64,000 nucleotides of DNA, from NCBI GenBank assembly GCA_964057225.1, contig OZ059898.1, forward strand, positions 5,208,001 to 5,272,000, written 5' to 3'. The notes beneath the pieces were generated by a model. That model did no database searches. It saw only the letters and a program-made list of their open reading frames with translations, and was not told where the DNA came from. Shown piece after piece: positions 38,201 to 50,299 of this stretch. Origin of the DNA: Auanema rhodensis. Taxonomy: Eukaryota > Animalia > Nematoda. Made by a program: the position numbers and the translations under genes. The stretch's first letter is position 1. Each line of letters starts with the position of its first letter.

Positions 38201-40460
38201 TTCGTCATTAAAGAGCCTTTACTCACCCATTACCAATATTTCGGAGACATTCCGCCTAATTGCATACTTAATTGGCCCACACAACAAAAAGTTTAGGTTA
38301 CATCCAGGAAGCGTACATACTTTTCTTCCTTTCTTCTTTTTCTGTCACAAGTACTGCTTGTTCTTAACACCCATCTTTATGAAGCTATTTTCAAATGAAC
38401 CCCTTTTCCTGGAAACTTTCTTTTTTTGATTTCACACAACGTGTTTATGATTAAAATTAATTTTTTTTCTGTCGTACAATCAAAACGGCTGAGTAGTCAC
38501 CATCGCCTCTGTTTTTCAGATAGTTCTCATCTTCTATCAGCAGTCTAATTCATCATCTTACGATTTTATTTTTATTATTCATTTATTTTTCATTCATTAT
38601 CTCATTACTCTCATTAGTATTGGTTTTTGTTTCTTAGTTTATGCGTTCCGTTTGGAGATCGCACTTCTCTGATCATCCACCCTCTTACTCTTTTCTCCTT
38701 AAAACTCTGACGAGAAAAGACAAATCGAGTTCATATGTAACAATCTAATTTTCAGTTCCTCTAGTTCGAACTTGTTGCTCTTTGATCACGCTCATAAACT
38801 TATAGTTGAAATGTCTCTTAATTAAACAGAATATAAAAACAGTTTTAAAATTCTATGTAAAGATTATGAATTATATTTCTTTATTCATCATCATCATAAT
38901 GGTCGATTTTTTACAATTTCAAACATCAAAAACTATTTCTTCTTTTCTTTCAAAATGATGAAGAAAACAGCATATCGGTCTTCAAAATCGAGGATGATCC
39001 TCTATCGTTTAACTTTCAATGGCTATATATCCTATAAACAATTATTTTTATACTTTCACCTATTTTTTCATTTAATATATAAATATGTAAATGTATTTTT
39101 ATTCATTACTTTATTGGTGGCAGTTTCTTTCTTTCTTTTTTGTTTAAATTTGTATTTGTGTTCCTTGCTGATTGAACATTGCTCATCAGTATTAGATAAA
39201 ATAGAATTAATTAATTTCTAGTGTATTTATCTAATATGTTCTTCTGATATAGAACTATATAATTTTTCTTTAAATCTGTCATGTTATTCATTTTTTTTTA
39301 TTTTTGAGTAAAAAAAGCGAAAAAAATACTTTTTTTTCTCACAAATTTCAATGCAAGTACTATAACTACAAACTTCTGAACTATTCATATTTCAGAAAAT
39401 TCTTATGTATTTTCTATGAGCGTATTTGAGAAATATACATATGCACCTTTACAGATGGCAATTGTTTGTTAAAGCAAAAAAAAGTTTTTGATAGTTTTAA
39501 CGAAGAAGTATATGAAAAGGATTTACTTTCTTATGAAAGTAAAAAACTAAACGACTGAAGAATTGAGTTAAATTCATGAGTTACAAAAAAAATTAATTTC
39601 CACCTCTTCATCTGATCGTTCATGACTTCCAGAAATATTTGCACATTCAACACACCAATGACGCAAAATAGTAACTAGCAAGATAATTTGATTGATTAAA
39701 TATGTGCAACATATCTCTATAATGTTTTTCCTCTTTTAGTTAATATGAGGGGGTGATCGCGAAAATCTCTTGAATTTGCTTATTTTCCACCTGACCACCG
39801 CATACATATACTCGATATGCCATTAACAAGGGGGAAAACTAATTTATAATATTGGTCATATCACTTTGTTTCATCTTTTTTTTTCTATTCCTGTTGGTCA
39901 TTCTTGAAAGCATATACATATATCTAACTATATAATATATTGAATATCGTAAAATCATATATTCTACTCACATGCTCATAAGTCTCATCGTTATTCTCTT
40001 CTTATGTTTTAGTTTTTTGTATACTGCATTTCAATCAGCTTCTTATCATCATATCGATATTCATTTTAATATTTTTTTTATTATTATTATAAAATATTTA
40101 ATATTTATATTATGAATATGTATACTTGCATAACAATATATATATTTTTAATTTTTTATTCTTCTTACAGCTGCAAAATTCGTCATTTTTTTCAGGAAAC
40201 TTTCTATAGCTTTATCTTTGTCATTTTTACCCTCATTATTGGTATTTATCTTGCTCAACAATTTTTTAAAATGTTTTTGCTTCACCTTCAATTGTGTCAG
40301 ATTTAATTGGTCATTTTATAACAATAATAATTTTCACTTCTTTATAAAAAATTTTATGAGTAAATCCTACAACTCGATGCTTATTTCTAAGTCTATGTGA
40401 TATATATGCATATATATACATATATATTCCTTTTTTTTTAGGTAACAAAGGCGGATTCCG

Positions 40461-42431
40461 ATGCTGAACGCATCGTTCTTAATATTTGTGGTGCTCATGG
40501 TGGCAAATGTACGAGCACAAGAGAATGTCATTGACATGGATGCAACAGGTATGAAACAATTTCTTAAATTTAAATTAAATATTGAGGTCAACCTAATTAT
40601 ATATATTTGAATTTATAATTCTGAAAATTTATTTTAATTTTAAATTTCTATATATCATAACAGTTTATTATCTTCTTCCTTGTTTATTTGATCTAATATG
40701 CTTTTCTAATTTTGGTATGCTGAGAAAAGTAAATGTTGTTCTGCACCTGTTTCAAAAATGCCACCACTGCTTATCCTTTATAATTCAGTTCTCCTTCTAA
40801 AACAAATTCTGAAAATCTTTGAAATCAATTAACTATAACATATACAAATACGCAATTACGAGAACATAAATAATAATGATAAATTTTTATTAATATAAAA
40901 CTTATTCTTACTTAAATAATCCCAATGAGAAAATGTAACATTTGGATCAGTTATATTTGAAAGATCATGTGAATATCTTATTTGTATTAATTTAGACCCC
41001 GCAAATGAGCCAGAGGACGTTTATGTAGTTGGACTGCCGGATGTGCTAGCGCTACGAGACTCTGCGGTCTACGAAAAGCGAAAAGTGATGCCGTTCTCAG
41101 GAGGTAACGTAGATAAACCTACACGTGCGATTTGATTCAAAGAGTGTTATTTATTGCTTAGAATTAGGTATTAACAGAACATAATGTCATCTGCATGCCA
41201 GTTCTTAGTTATATATATGTATATGTGTGTCTATTATATCTGTCTGGTGCAATCGACTTGAATGAAAAGAATGATGTCAACAGAACTTGCCATGAAGTCA
41301 TAATATATTGCGATGACGTGAAATGCTTGTTGCGGGAAGAGTCGAGATCAAGAAAGATGCAACCACGAGTTGAGATAAAGGAGATAGAAGAGGAGATAGA
41401 AGGCAATTGGAGGATTGTTAGAGTGGAATTCAAGAAAGTCATTCATCAAAATGCAGATTGTACAGATACGTGATGAAAATTCATAATATTGGTACATATT
41501 AGCTAGCTATCATCTTCCTATATAGCATTTTAAGAATAATCGTCCACTAGCACGTTCATAAATAAATAAAAAAACGAAAAATAAAAACATAAAAACATGG
41601 TTTTCTAATTAGGGTATCAATTTAACGAAAAAAAAAATATATAAACCAAAAATCTTAAGCAATATGTATATATGAACTTTTTCCAGGTATGTATGGTAAA
41701 CGAGCAGCTAATATGCCGTTTTCTGGTGGTATGTACGGTAAAAGAGGAGCAGTAATGCCATTTTCTGGAGGTAAACTAACTTTATCACATTTTTTCCGTA
41801 CATAGATAAAGACAAATGAAACATATGCAATTTTTGTAAATATATAAGACAGAGTTAACTTATTGTTCGATTTGCAGGCATGTATGGAAAAAGATCGGAT
41901 GTGATGCCTTTTTCAGGAGGAATGTATGGCAAACGTGCAGCAGTTATGCCATTTTCAGGAGGTATGTCTAAACAGTATATAATTATAATTCAAAAACTGA
42001 TTACATACTTATTACATTAATTATATAATTATATATTTTTTGCTGATATAGTGCGTAAAATTTTTATTGCCATATGTGAAGGCATAGCGCTTCCTAGTGT
42101 TGCATTATTTTTGCTGCTTGCGTGATAAAACGCGGTTGATTCCGCTGTTTAATTTTCTCGGCATGATACTTCTTTCTAAAAATTTGTTTTTAGGAATGTA
42201 TGGAAAAAGATCTGGTAACATGCCTTTCTCTGGGGGGATGTATGGAAAACGAGGACAAATGTTTTTAACTGGTGATTAAATTTTGATATCTATCAGAGTA
42301 ATAATAAAGAATTTGCAGAGTTATATGGTAAAAGAGCAGCAACCATGCCGTTCTCTGGTGGAATGTATGGCAAGCGAGCTGACCGTTACATCAGGTCTCC
42401 CATGCCTCTTAGTGGTGGTTTTTACGGATAA
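40461..42431 (+). CDS. nlp-10: Neuropeptide-like precursor of the nlp-10 family (MPFSGGMYamide); exons 40461-40548, 40996-41103, 41687-41770, 41878-41961, 42194-42271, 42319-42431
   Basis: Signal peptide MLNASFLIFVVLMVANVRA, then seven xxMPFSGGMYG-KR units plus two variants. C. elegans NLP-10 peptides end PFSGGMYamide. All introns are GT-AG and frame-consistent. Confidence 0.9.
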
Positions 42432-43356
42432 GCTTAAACGAAACAAAGTTACCCAGCTCTGGTTTCTTCATCATTGCTGAATGTTAATCAGTTTACAATA
42501 TAGCAACAGCAGCATCAGTTTTCATAACTCTACTTTTCGCAATGTCACATAAAACCCTGTAACTGTCTATGTTAATCTCACTTCCTTTCTGTCAGAATCT
42601 GTTTCATCATCATATTAACCTATTTTGTGTTGAAAATGACACTTCTCTGGTATTTTCAACTAGGGAATACTTGCACCTCCCTAAGACATTTTGTTGTTCT
42701 TATTCCTTACTATCATGTCGTCATTAGCAGGCCTTTTATAGTTATCCAAACCAATCTATGTCAGTATAAGATCAGCCTCATTATCTCATCATGTTGCCGT
42801 TACAAATATCGCCTCAACGCGTATACACGCATCCAACATATATACCGTCTTCATATGTTGCTTTAAACAATAAGGCTTCTCGAATTTATTTGTCATCATC
42901 GGTACATCCAACACAATAGATCCAAGTTGATTAAAGAGATGTATATGTTATATACCTGTTTTTTTCATGAATATTTTCTGGTGGCATCATAAACTACATT
43001 AAATATTTGATTGAAAACAAAAAAAATCTGGACTTTATATTGAAACTTCTACAAATTGCGAGGCACATGAATTAAGGCTAGGAGTGGTCAATATACTAGC
43101 TATACAATAAGGCAATTTAAATTTTGTGTATCAATGACTCACTTCCTTTTCCTGAGAATCTAGATTTAGACCACAAAAAGTAGAAAGACGGTCAAAAATG
43201 GCAAGGTATACAAATTCCACACATTATCAGCCACATAATTTGAGAAAGTATATGAAAAAATGTATATACAAAAATCCAGCTAAAGCAGCATTCTAAAGAT
43301 CTTACAACCTATGATATCACATACCTAGGAATTCAGTTATTAGAAATGGCAATAGA

Positions 43357-46300
43357 CTATAAAAAGTTTTCTTTCTCATCAGTCACATAAACTTTATTCC
43401 CCATATGACCTTGGCGACATAGCTTTTCTAAGCGTGTTATGCCTACACTCCTGTCAAACTCTTGCTCAATTTGCCACTGTTGCAGCATAAGATTAGCATA
43501 AATCGGGTCCAAAAAGTATCTATAAAGCAATTTTCAAAGAAATAGGAAGATAAAAGCTCACTCTTGCATATAAGCTGTTTCGGCAGTAGGAAAAACTAAT
43601 TCGAAATTGCCTTTTCGTCTCAATTCATCTATAACATTAATGGAGAATTATGCTTAAGAGGGTGGACAACAACATACCCTCAAATTCTACAAGCATCCTC
43701 ACATCTTCAGGTGTCAAACGTTTTAGAATTCTTTGATTCATTTTTTTATCGCTTCTATATGCCTCTACCCAAGCGTTTTCTTTCTTAAACGAAACAATAG
43801 AAAATAGTAGGCATAAGTATAATTACTGTTAATTGTTCATCAGATTTGGGCCAGTTCCTTGGCTTGGTACTATAGTCAGCTTTCACCAGTTCGTCCGGAC
43901 TAAACATCGCGTTTGGTTCTTTTTTTGAAGTTTAGTTAGATTACCTAGGAGGAACATATATCCCAGCCATGTTGAGTACGTCTTTTGCTAATGGAGCTTT
44001 GACCGCAATATCAAGTGAAGTTCCCGAATGTAGGGACGGCGAAATATTGACCTGAAATTCGTTTATTACATTTTAGAGAAATTTTAAAAAGAAATTGCCT
44101 CTAAAAGCCAGGGTCTTAGGTCTTCATCTAAGAGAATATCAATTCCAAACAACTCGTGGCATATAAACCTAAATTGAATTTAATCAATTTTCCCAGATAT
44201 GAAAATAAAAATACCCATATTTTAAATATGTTTGCATATGTTCTCGTATAGGCTTTTCGCATGATATGAAAGCCTTTACTATAACATCTTCTATACGTTG
44301 GCGTACTTCAGCAGAATTAATATTCTATATAAGCAAATAATCATAAAAATGAAGGCAACTATTCATTTGGCCTACTTTTTCTTCAAAATACTCCCACAAT
44401 TCAGATAAAGTCCACTTGGGCACTGGTGAGTCTAAAACTCCATCTTTCTCAGCTAATTTGTTAATGCTATAGTTTGTTAAATGCATATATTTATTAGAAA
44501 CAGAGGATAAACAAGTAGAGTATCTGAAAAAAAATTGTTTTTATACAGGGTGGGTAAAGAGACTTACTCAACACTAGCAAAACGTACTAGACCTTCGTTA
44601 TATATATATACCCTCAATGGTTCCAAAGAAGGACAATAAGCATAGAATCGAAGATCGAACTTTGCTCCATTAATAGTCAAAGGACGATGAATATAACTTT
44701 AAAAACAAACTAAAAGTTTTTCAAAAATTGGACTACATACTGTTGAGCTATCAGTGGAGTTTTCAATGATATATCTTTCATCTTATTAGTTACAGAGATT
44801 CCAGTACCTCGAGCACTTGCCGGCTAAAGAAGTCGAGAATTAATAATTTAAAAGGAAGGAAAAGGATGCTCACTGGTTTTATTATAACATATCTCTCCGG
44901 ATGGCCTGCTAGATACTCTTCCAAAGCTTTCTGATATTTGCAAGACATTTTAAAAGCACATTATGAAGAAAAAACCTTTTCTTTAGGAAGTATATATGTT
45001 CTTGGTATTATATCGAAATCATCTTCAAAATGTTTTTGCTGCTTTTCTATATGCATCCATAATCGATCTTTTCTACCGATATGGAAAGCTCCAGGAAAAT
45101 GATTGACCTAAATGTTCATAAAATTATCGAAGCACTTCAAAATGTTCAAACCTTTTGATAAGGCATCATTGTTTTATATTGGATACTTTTTAAATGACGT
45201 CCCCAATATCCTATATAAAAAAGAGTCTCATCAACAACCTACAACAAAAAAAATATATTACAAATGATTTAATCACAATGATTTGCATACCGTAAAATGA
45301 CTTGCAGCTAAAGATTGTCGCATTACAATGGGTAGCAGACTATTATGACACCAATTCAAACGAGAACATATTTTGCGGTTTGGCTTGCTAACTATAAAAG
45401 AAAAAGTATATGTATAAACATATATATATATATATATATATATATTACCTTTAGTTCCTTTTGTGTAAAAACGTATGGTAGGCGGAACACCTGTGAATAA
45501 ACTGCTACGGAGGAATGGCTGAGGTTCATTAGACGCTCGATTTTTTGACAGACAGCTAGAAACTAGGTCTGTAAGCCCGCACATTGACTTCTCATCTGAA
45601 AAGAATATCGAAAATCAATTATGCTTCAAAAACAGTAATAAAATTGGTCCTTAATAGGCCTAACAAAAATATTAATTACAACAACAACCAATCAAAACAG
45701 TCGTTGAGCGTATTAAGGAAAGGGCAATATTTCAATTTTAAGAAAAAAATAAAAAACTGGGATTAAAGGATTTGTTTTGAAAAAACGGGTTCGTAATGTT
45801 TGCAGTTAGCAGATAAGACACATAGTGACATAAGAAAACTACACATTGGTTCCAAACTTGAGCTTAGAGAAAGGATGGGAACGCCAATAAGTGGATGCCC
45901 GGAGACAGCTTGAAGCGAAAAAGCACGTTTTCATTTGGAAGTAGTATACATCTTCAAAAGAAAAGAAACATAACTTAAAACGGCAGAGGAAAAGGGATAA
46001 TAGAATATTTTAATAGTTAAATGGAAAACGTAGGTGTAATGTAGGATTGAAAATGAGAATATTCCAAGGTGAGCTTAAAGTGAACTAAACGCTTTTACTA
46101 GACTGCAGCACAACAATTCCTCGAGGAAAACAGAGTTGTACACTGCTTGAAGGACGGAAAAACGCTAAATAGCAAAAAATGGAACGTGATACAAATAGAA
46201 TGAGATGAAATTTACATGAAAAGAAGGATCTATTCTTTACGACTTTGAAGAAGAATAAGAAAATAAACAAGGATTATAGAGACATTTATGCAAAACTCTC

Positions 46301-46697
46301 CTATAAGAGTATAAAGAAAGAGGCAAATGAATTCATTCAAATAAGGATGAAGTAGTACGAAAGAGTAAAGTTAATACCACTCTCTCAGCTGCCAAACATC
46401 AATCAGAATTGCGAACAAAGGCAAATTGACGATTTCGCGATTTATTTTACTTTACGAACTCAACTCTTTGTTAGTAAAAACATCAAAAATTAATTTTTTT
46501 TAACCATTTAAACTGCTAGAAGGGAGAAATTCGTAATGTTAAACAAAACGTTTTAAGAACTCTAAGGATCAATATAGAATTTTTGAGTAAAACTAAGCAG
46601 ACAAAGAAATCTTACCTTCAGCATCAGCAACATGATCCCCATCTGCAGAAGAACGTGAGGAACTCGGTAGACCCGAGTCACAAGAGATTGTGTCCAT
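43357..46697 (-). CDS. ttll-4: Tubulin polyglutamylase TTLL4 (multi-exon)
   Basis: PPTIRFYTKGTK, WCHNSLLPIVMRQSLAASHF, NHFPGAFHIGRKDRLW, AKFDLR, HLTNYSINKL, PWLLEVNISPSLHS. The first exon (46697-46616) is assigned with less certainty. Confidence 0.92.
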
Positions 46698-47206
46698 TCA
46701 CTATAATAAACAAAATAAATAATTATATAACTTGACTATATAAACACATGAACATTTTTTTCAATTAGCCGAAAAGAACAAACTGTGTTGCTAACCGATA
46801 AAATTGTAGCTGAAGAGAGCTTACGAATGTAACTTTCAAAAATCAATGGCTATAAAGCTAGAACCAGATGGGAGACGAGAGATATTTCTAAGATTACGCC
46901 TTTCAACAAGGCTGTGTAAGAAGAGCCAACAAAGAGTGCAACAAAGCGGACTCTTGTTCTGAAAATTTCTAACGTCACCTCTACAGCTACGAAACTACCG
47001 GTTATAAGATAAGCAAACGCTGAACATTGTAACCTTCTATGCAATATTCAGGAGATTTAAAAACTCCAAAAAAATTTTCAACATCAGTCGTTGACAATAT
47101 TTATAAACGTTAAATGAAAACATGGTATCAATGAATAGTAACCATAATTGCTTAATATTAATGAGATTGTTAGGTCAAATGATTACAAAATAATATGCAC
47201 ATAAAA

Positions 47207-49171
47207 TCAGTTATTACGAACACCCAGACTTGCTTCAAGCTCAGCTCGTTTTTGTTGCACTTTATGATACATGTATCTAAATACTGCTTCTTGAGTTTCA
47301 GGCCTATGATAATGTTCCGCTCGTCTTTCATTTTCAGACTCTCCGTGAGCTTCTGTCATAGTCTATAATAGAAAAAATATATAAATAAAATAACAAAGAA
47401 GAAAAATGAAATAGATTAAAATAATACCTGATAATCTGAACTTTGACTAACTAGCCATTTTCTGATAAATTCATGAGGCTCTCCAGCAAAGCGTACATAG
47501 AAATCACGACGAGTTTTCCATTCGTTAATCTTTGTAAGAGTGAAATTATTTATGTATTACTTAAATACTTACCTGATCAACTAAATCATAGATTTTCTGC
47601 TCAAGGGAGCTGATGTCGTTGAGAAGTCCAGGAGAATGTACAAAAGCAGTCATAAGTTGTTTCAATGGGTCCTCCACTTCAACATCTAAAGTATTTAAGA
47701 TAAAACAAATCACGAGACGTAGGTCTCACCAATATCATAACAAGCTGTATTTTTTTCTGCTCCATTTTCCGACTGCTGGATAACGTGAGTTAAAACCTGA
47801 ATTTAAAAATTACAATTGCATATCCTTGTACTACAAACCAATGGATCAGGTTGTTGAAGAAGAGGGTGGAGCCTTTGCGGAATTTCCATAAACCTCATTC
47901 TTTTTGAACCAAATATTTGCTCCAAAAAGTGATCATTCACTATAGTATCGCGATCAATGGGATCCTAGCAAGAGGCACTTATAAATAAAACAAAAATATG
48001 AATATGTTTTACCTGTAGTTTATGAGTTTTTATGTATTGCCACAATGATTCAATAATCTTGGGTCTCGTTTCTGTTGCAATTCCCAAAACCTGAATACGA
48101 TTTAATCTTACATTACTGAATAAAATTTATAAGAAACCTTAGCTAAAAGAGGGTGAAGTTTAAATTTCATTGGTTGATAATCAAGTAATAGCAAAATTGT
48201 GCATTTAACAGGTTTGTCTCCAGGTCGTTTTACCTTTAATATGTACAATAAAATGAAATAATAAAACAAACTTGCCTGGAATCCGTCAGTTTCATGGGTT
48301 TGAGGGGTTCTATGCCACTCTACCAAATGATTATCTGGTCCATATATATCCTTATCCAATTCAATAACCTAAACATTATGAAGATTTTATAAACATATTA
48401 AACTACTTATGTTTACCAAGCTTTTAAAGAAAGAGCTGAACTTTCTCTTGGGTAACTGACGTGCTGATTGAGCAGGTGTAGCATTTGTGGTCCCATTCTA
48501 AAAGAAACAAGTTCAAATAAAAATAAAAATATGGCTACCTCTGAAGGTTGTTCATCCAATAAGCGGCCCTCCACTCGCAATTCCCACATGGGTACAGATC
48601 CTTCTTCGCCCTCCTATATTGGTAGCATAATTCAAAAATAAATTTAAAAAATATATACCTTCTCAGGCTCTTTAGCAGGAATAAATGTATGAGAAATATA
48701 AATTCTCAGTCTTCTTTTTACTTTTTGAGGTCGTTTTAAAGCTTCCTAAAAAAATAATCTGTCATTTTTAGTTTGAAAAGTCTGCACCTGAATATCCAGC
48801 TTTTTGCGCGTTATTGTTGAATCCAACTTTTGTTCAAATGATAATAAATCCATGTAAGCCTGAGACTCTGGCACCAATTCTCTTACCTAATTTAATTTAC
48901 AAAAAATATTGTTTTCAAAAAAAAAGTCACTTGTGGGGTAATCAGCTTATCGGCATATCTTCGCTTCTTTCGTGGTGGCTGATGTCCTCTGTTTGGCAAG
49001 CCCCCAGGCTGCTGTTGCACCACTTGTTGACCAGGAGGTCTTCTCATAGTTGGTGTCATGCCACCTTGCTAGAAGTTTCATGTATGCAACTAATATGTGC
49101 TGGAAATTTACCGGGCCAAATCTGTTCACTGGACCACCACCTGGGACACCCATTCGATGTTGTGGCTGCAT
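47207..49171 (-). CDS. SWI/SNF subunit SMARCD/BAF60 (swsn-2.1/swsn-2.2 family; SWIB domain)
   Basis: [91 protein letters not shown]. Confidence 0.95.
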
Positions 49172-50299
49172 TTCTGAATTAACAAATTTATATATGCTTC
49201 TGTAGATTTAAGCCTTTTTCAAAGAAAGATAAATATATATTAAAAAGATATAACTCGAGTTCAACTACACATTGGCCGGCATTCAAAATTGATTCAAACG
49301 CCATTTGAATGAACGCTTACCGTACATGAGATTTATAATCACGACAATCGTGTCAGGACATGGGCACGCATCTATGTGTGCGTCGCGTTTATAAATGTGA
49401 CCATTGGTGATTATATAATGTACCTTTAATCTATATGCAATTGTTTCTTGTAAAAATTTTTAATTTTATATGATTTATTTTTTTTGTTATAAAACTTTTA
49501 TCTTCTAAACAGCCATTTATTAATTTTATTAATCTAGGCAAAGCGGGTTGTGGTGGATTGTGGATTCAGGACCGTGGTAGCTGCTGGTTTTGTGTCGGAA
49601 GAATCGTCAAATACAAAAGTCTTTTGTTATTTTCTTTTTTTTTTATAATTCATGTTCATGAATGAATTTTAATGCAATTTGCGTGAGCCATTTGTATTCC
49701 TACACAGGAACACAAATAGTCCATTGATTATTTTGTCGACAGCTTGTTAAGTAGATGGACTACGTGGCCTCACTTACCTAAATTGGAATAGTTTGAGGTT
49801 TTCAACCATGTGGAGGGTTGTGTTGTTTTTACGTGTCACATTTACAAATATATGTGATCAAGATTTGTTATTATATCATAATTGAAAGGGTTCTTGTTAT
49901 ACGGGGGGTTTGGGGGGTAGGGTTTGGTTTTTATACGGTGTGTTGATATTGGTTGTTGGAAGGATAAGCTGTAAAACGGTTGTTGTTTCATCGAAAGACG
50001 TGGATAATATGCAAATTGACTTCATGGATAATTGAGTTTAATAAGCTTTGCGTGAAGACGTGGAGCTGCTATCTTCATTTTCGAAAAGTTTGTCAGCGGA
50101 GCGGCTGTTATATTTATTTATCAGTTAATATTAAAACACTTCTGGTCTCGTTACTTTTCTTCTGATGGTATTTAATGTTTAGTTTATTTCTCGTGTGTTC
50201 TTAGAATTTTACTGCCGTAAGTTATCCCAAGCTAATGTTATTGTTACAGATCACGACCTGATTGTTCAGCATTCGCATCGTGAATCTTAATTTGCCATC

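Noticed and set aside
17514-40400. Many 60-155 aa F/L/S/I-rich ORFs (e.g. 20759-21226, 24144-24443, 30604-30910; also 4827-5207)
   Set aside because: They are translations of CT/AG microsatellites and T-rich DNA, many with non-ATG starts. They show no motifs or exon logic.
41195-41473. 92-aa ORF inside nlp-10 intron 2
   Set aside because: No recognisable domain and no need for it in the precursor. A nested exon cannot be excluded but is unsupported.
41687-42380. Regularly spaced direct repeats resembling a CRISPR or tandem array
   Set aside because: They are degenerate at synonymous sites and encode neuropeptide repeats in a eukaryotic gene.
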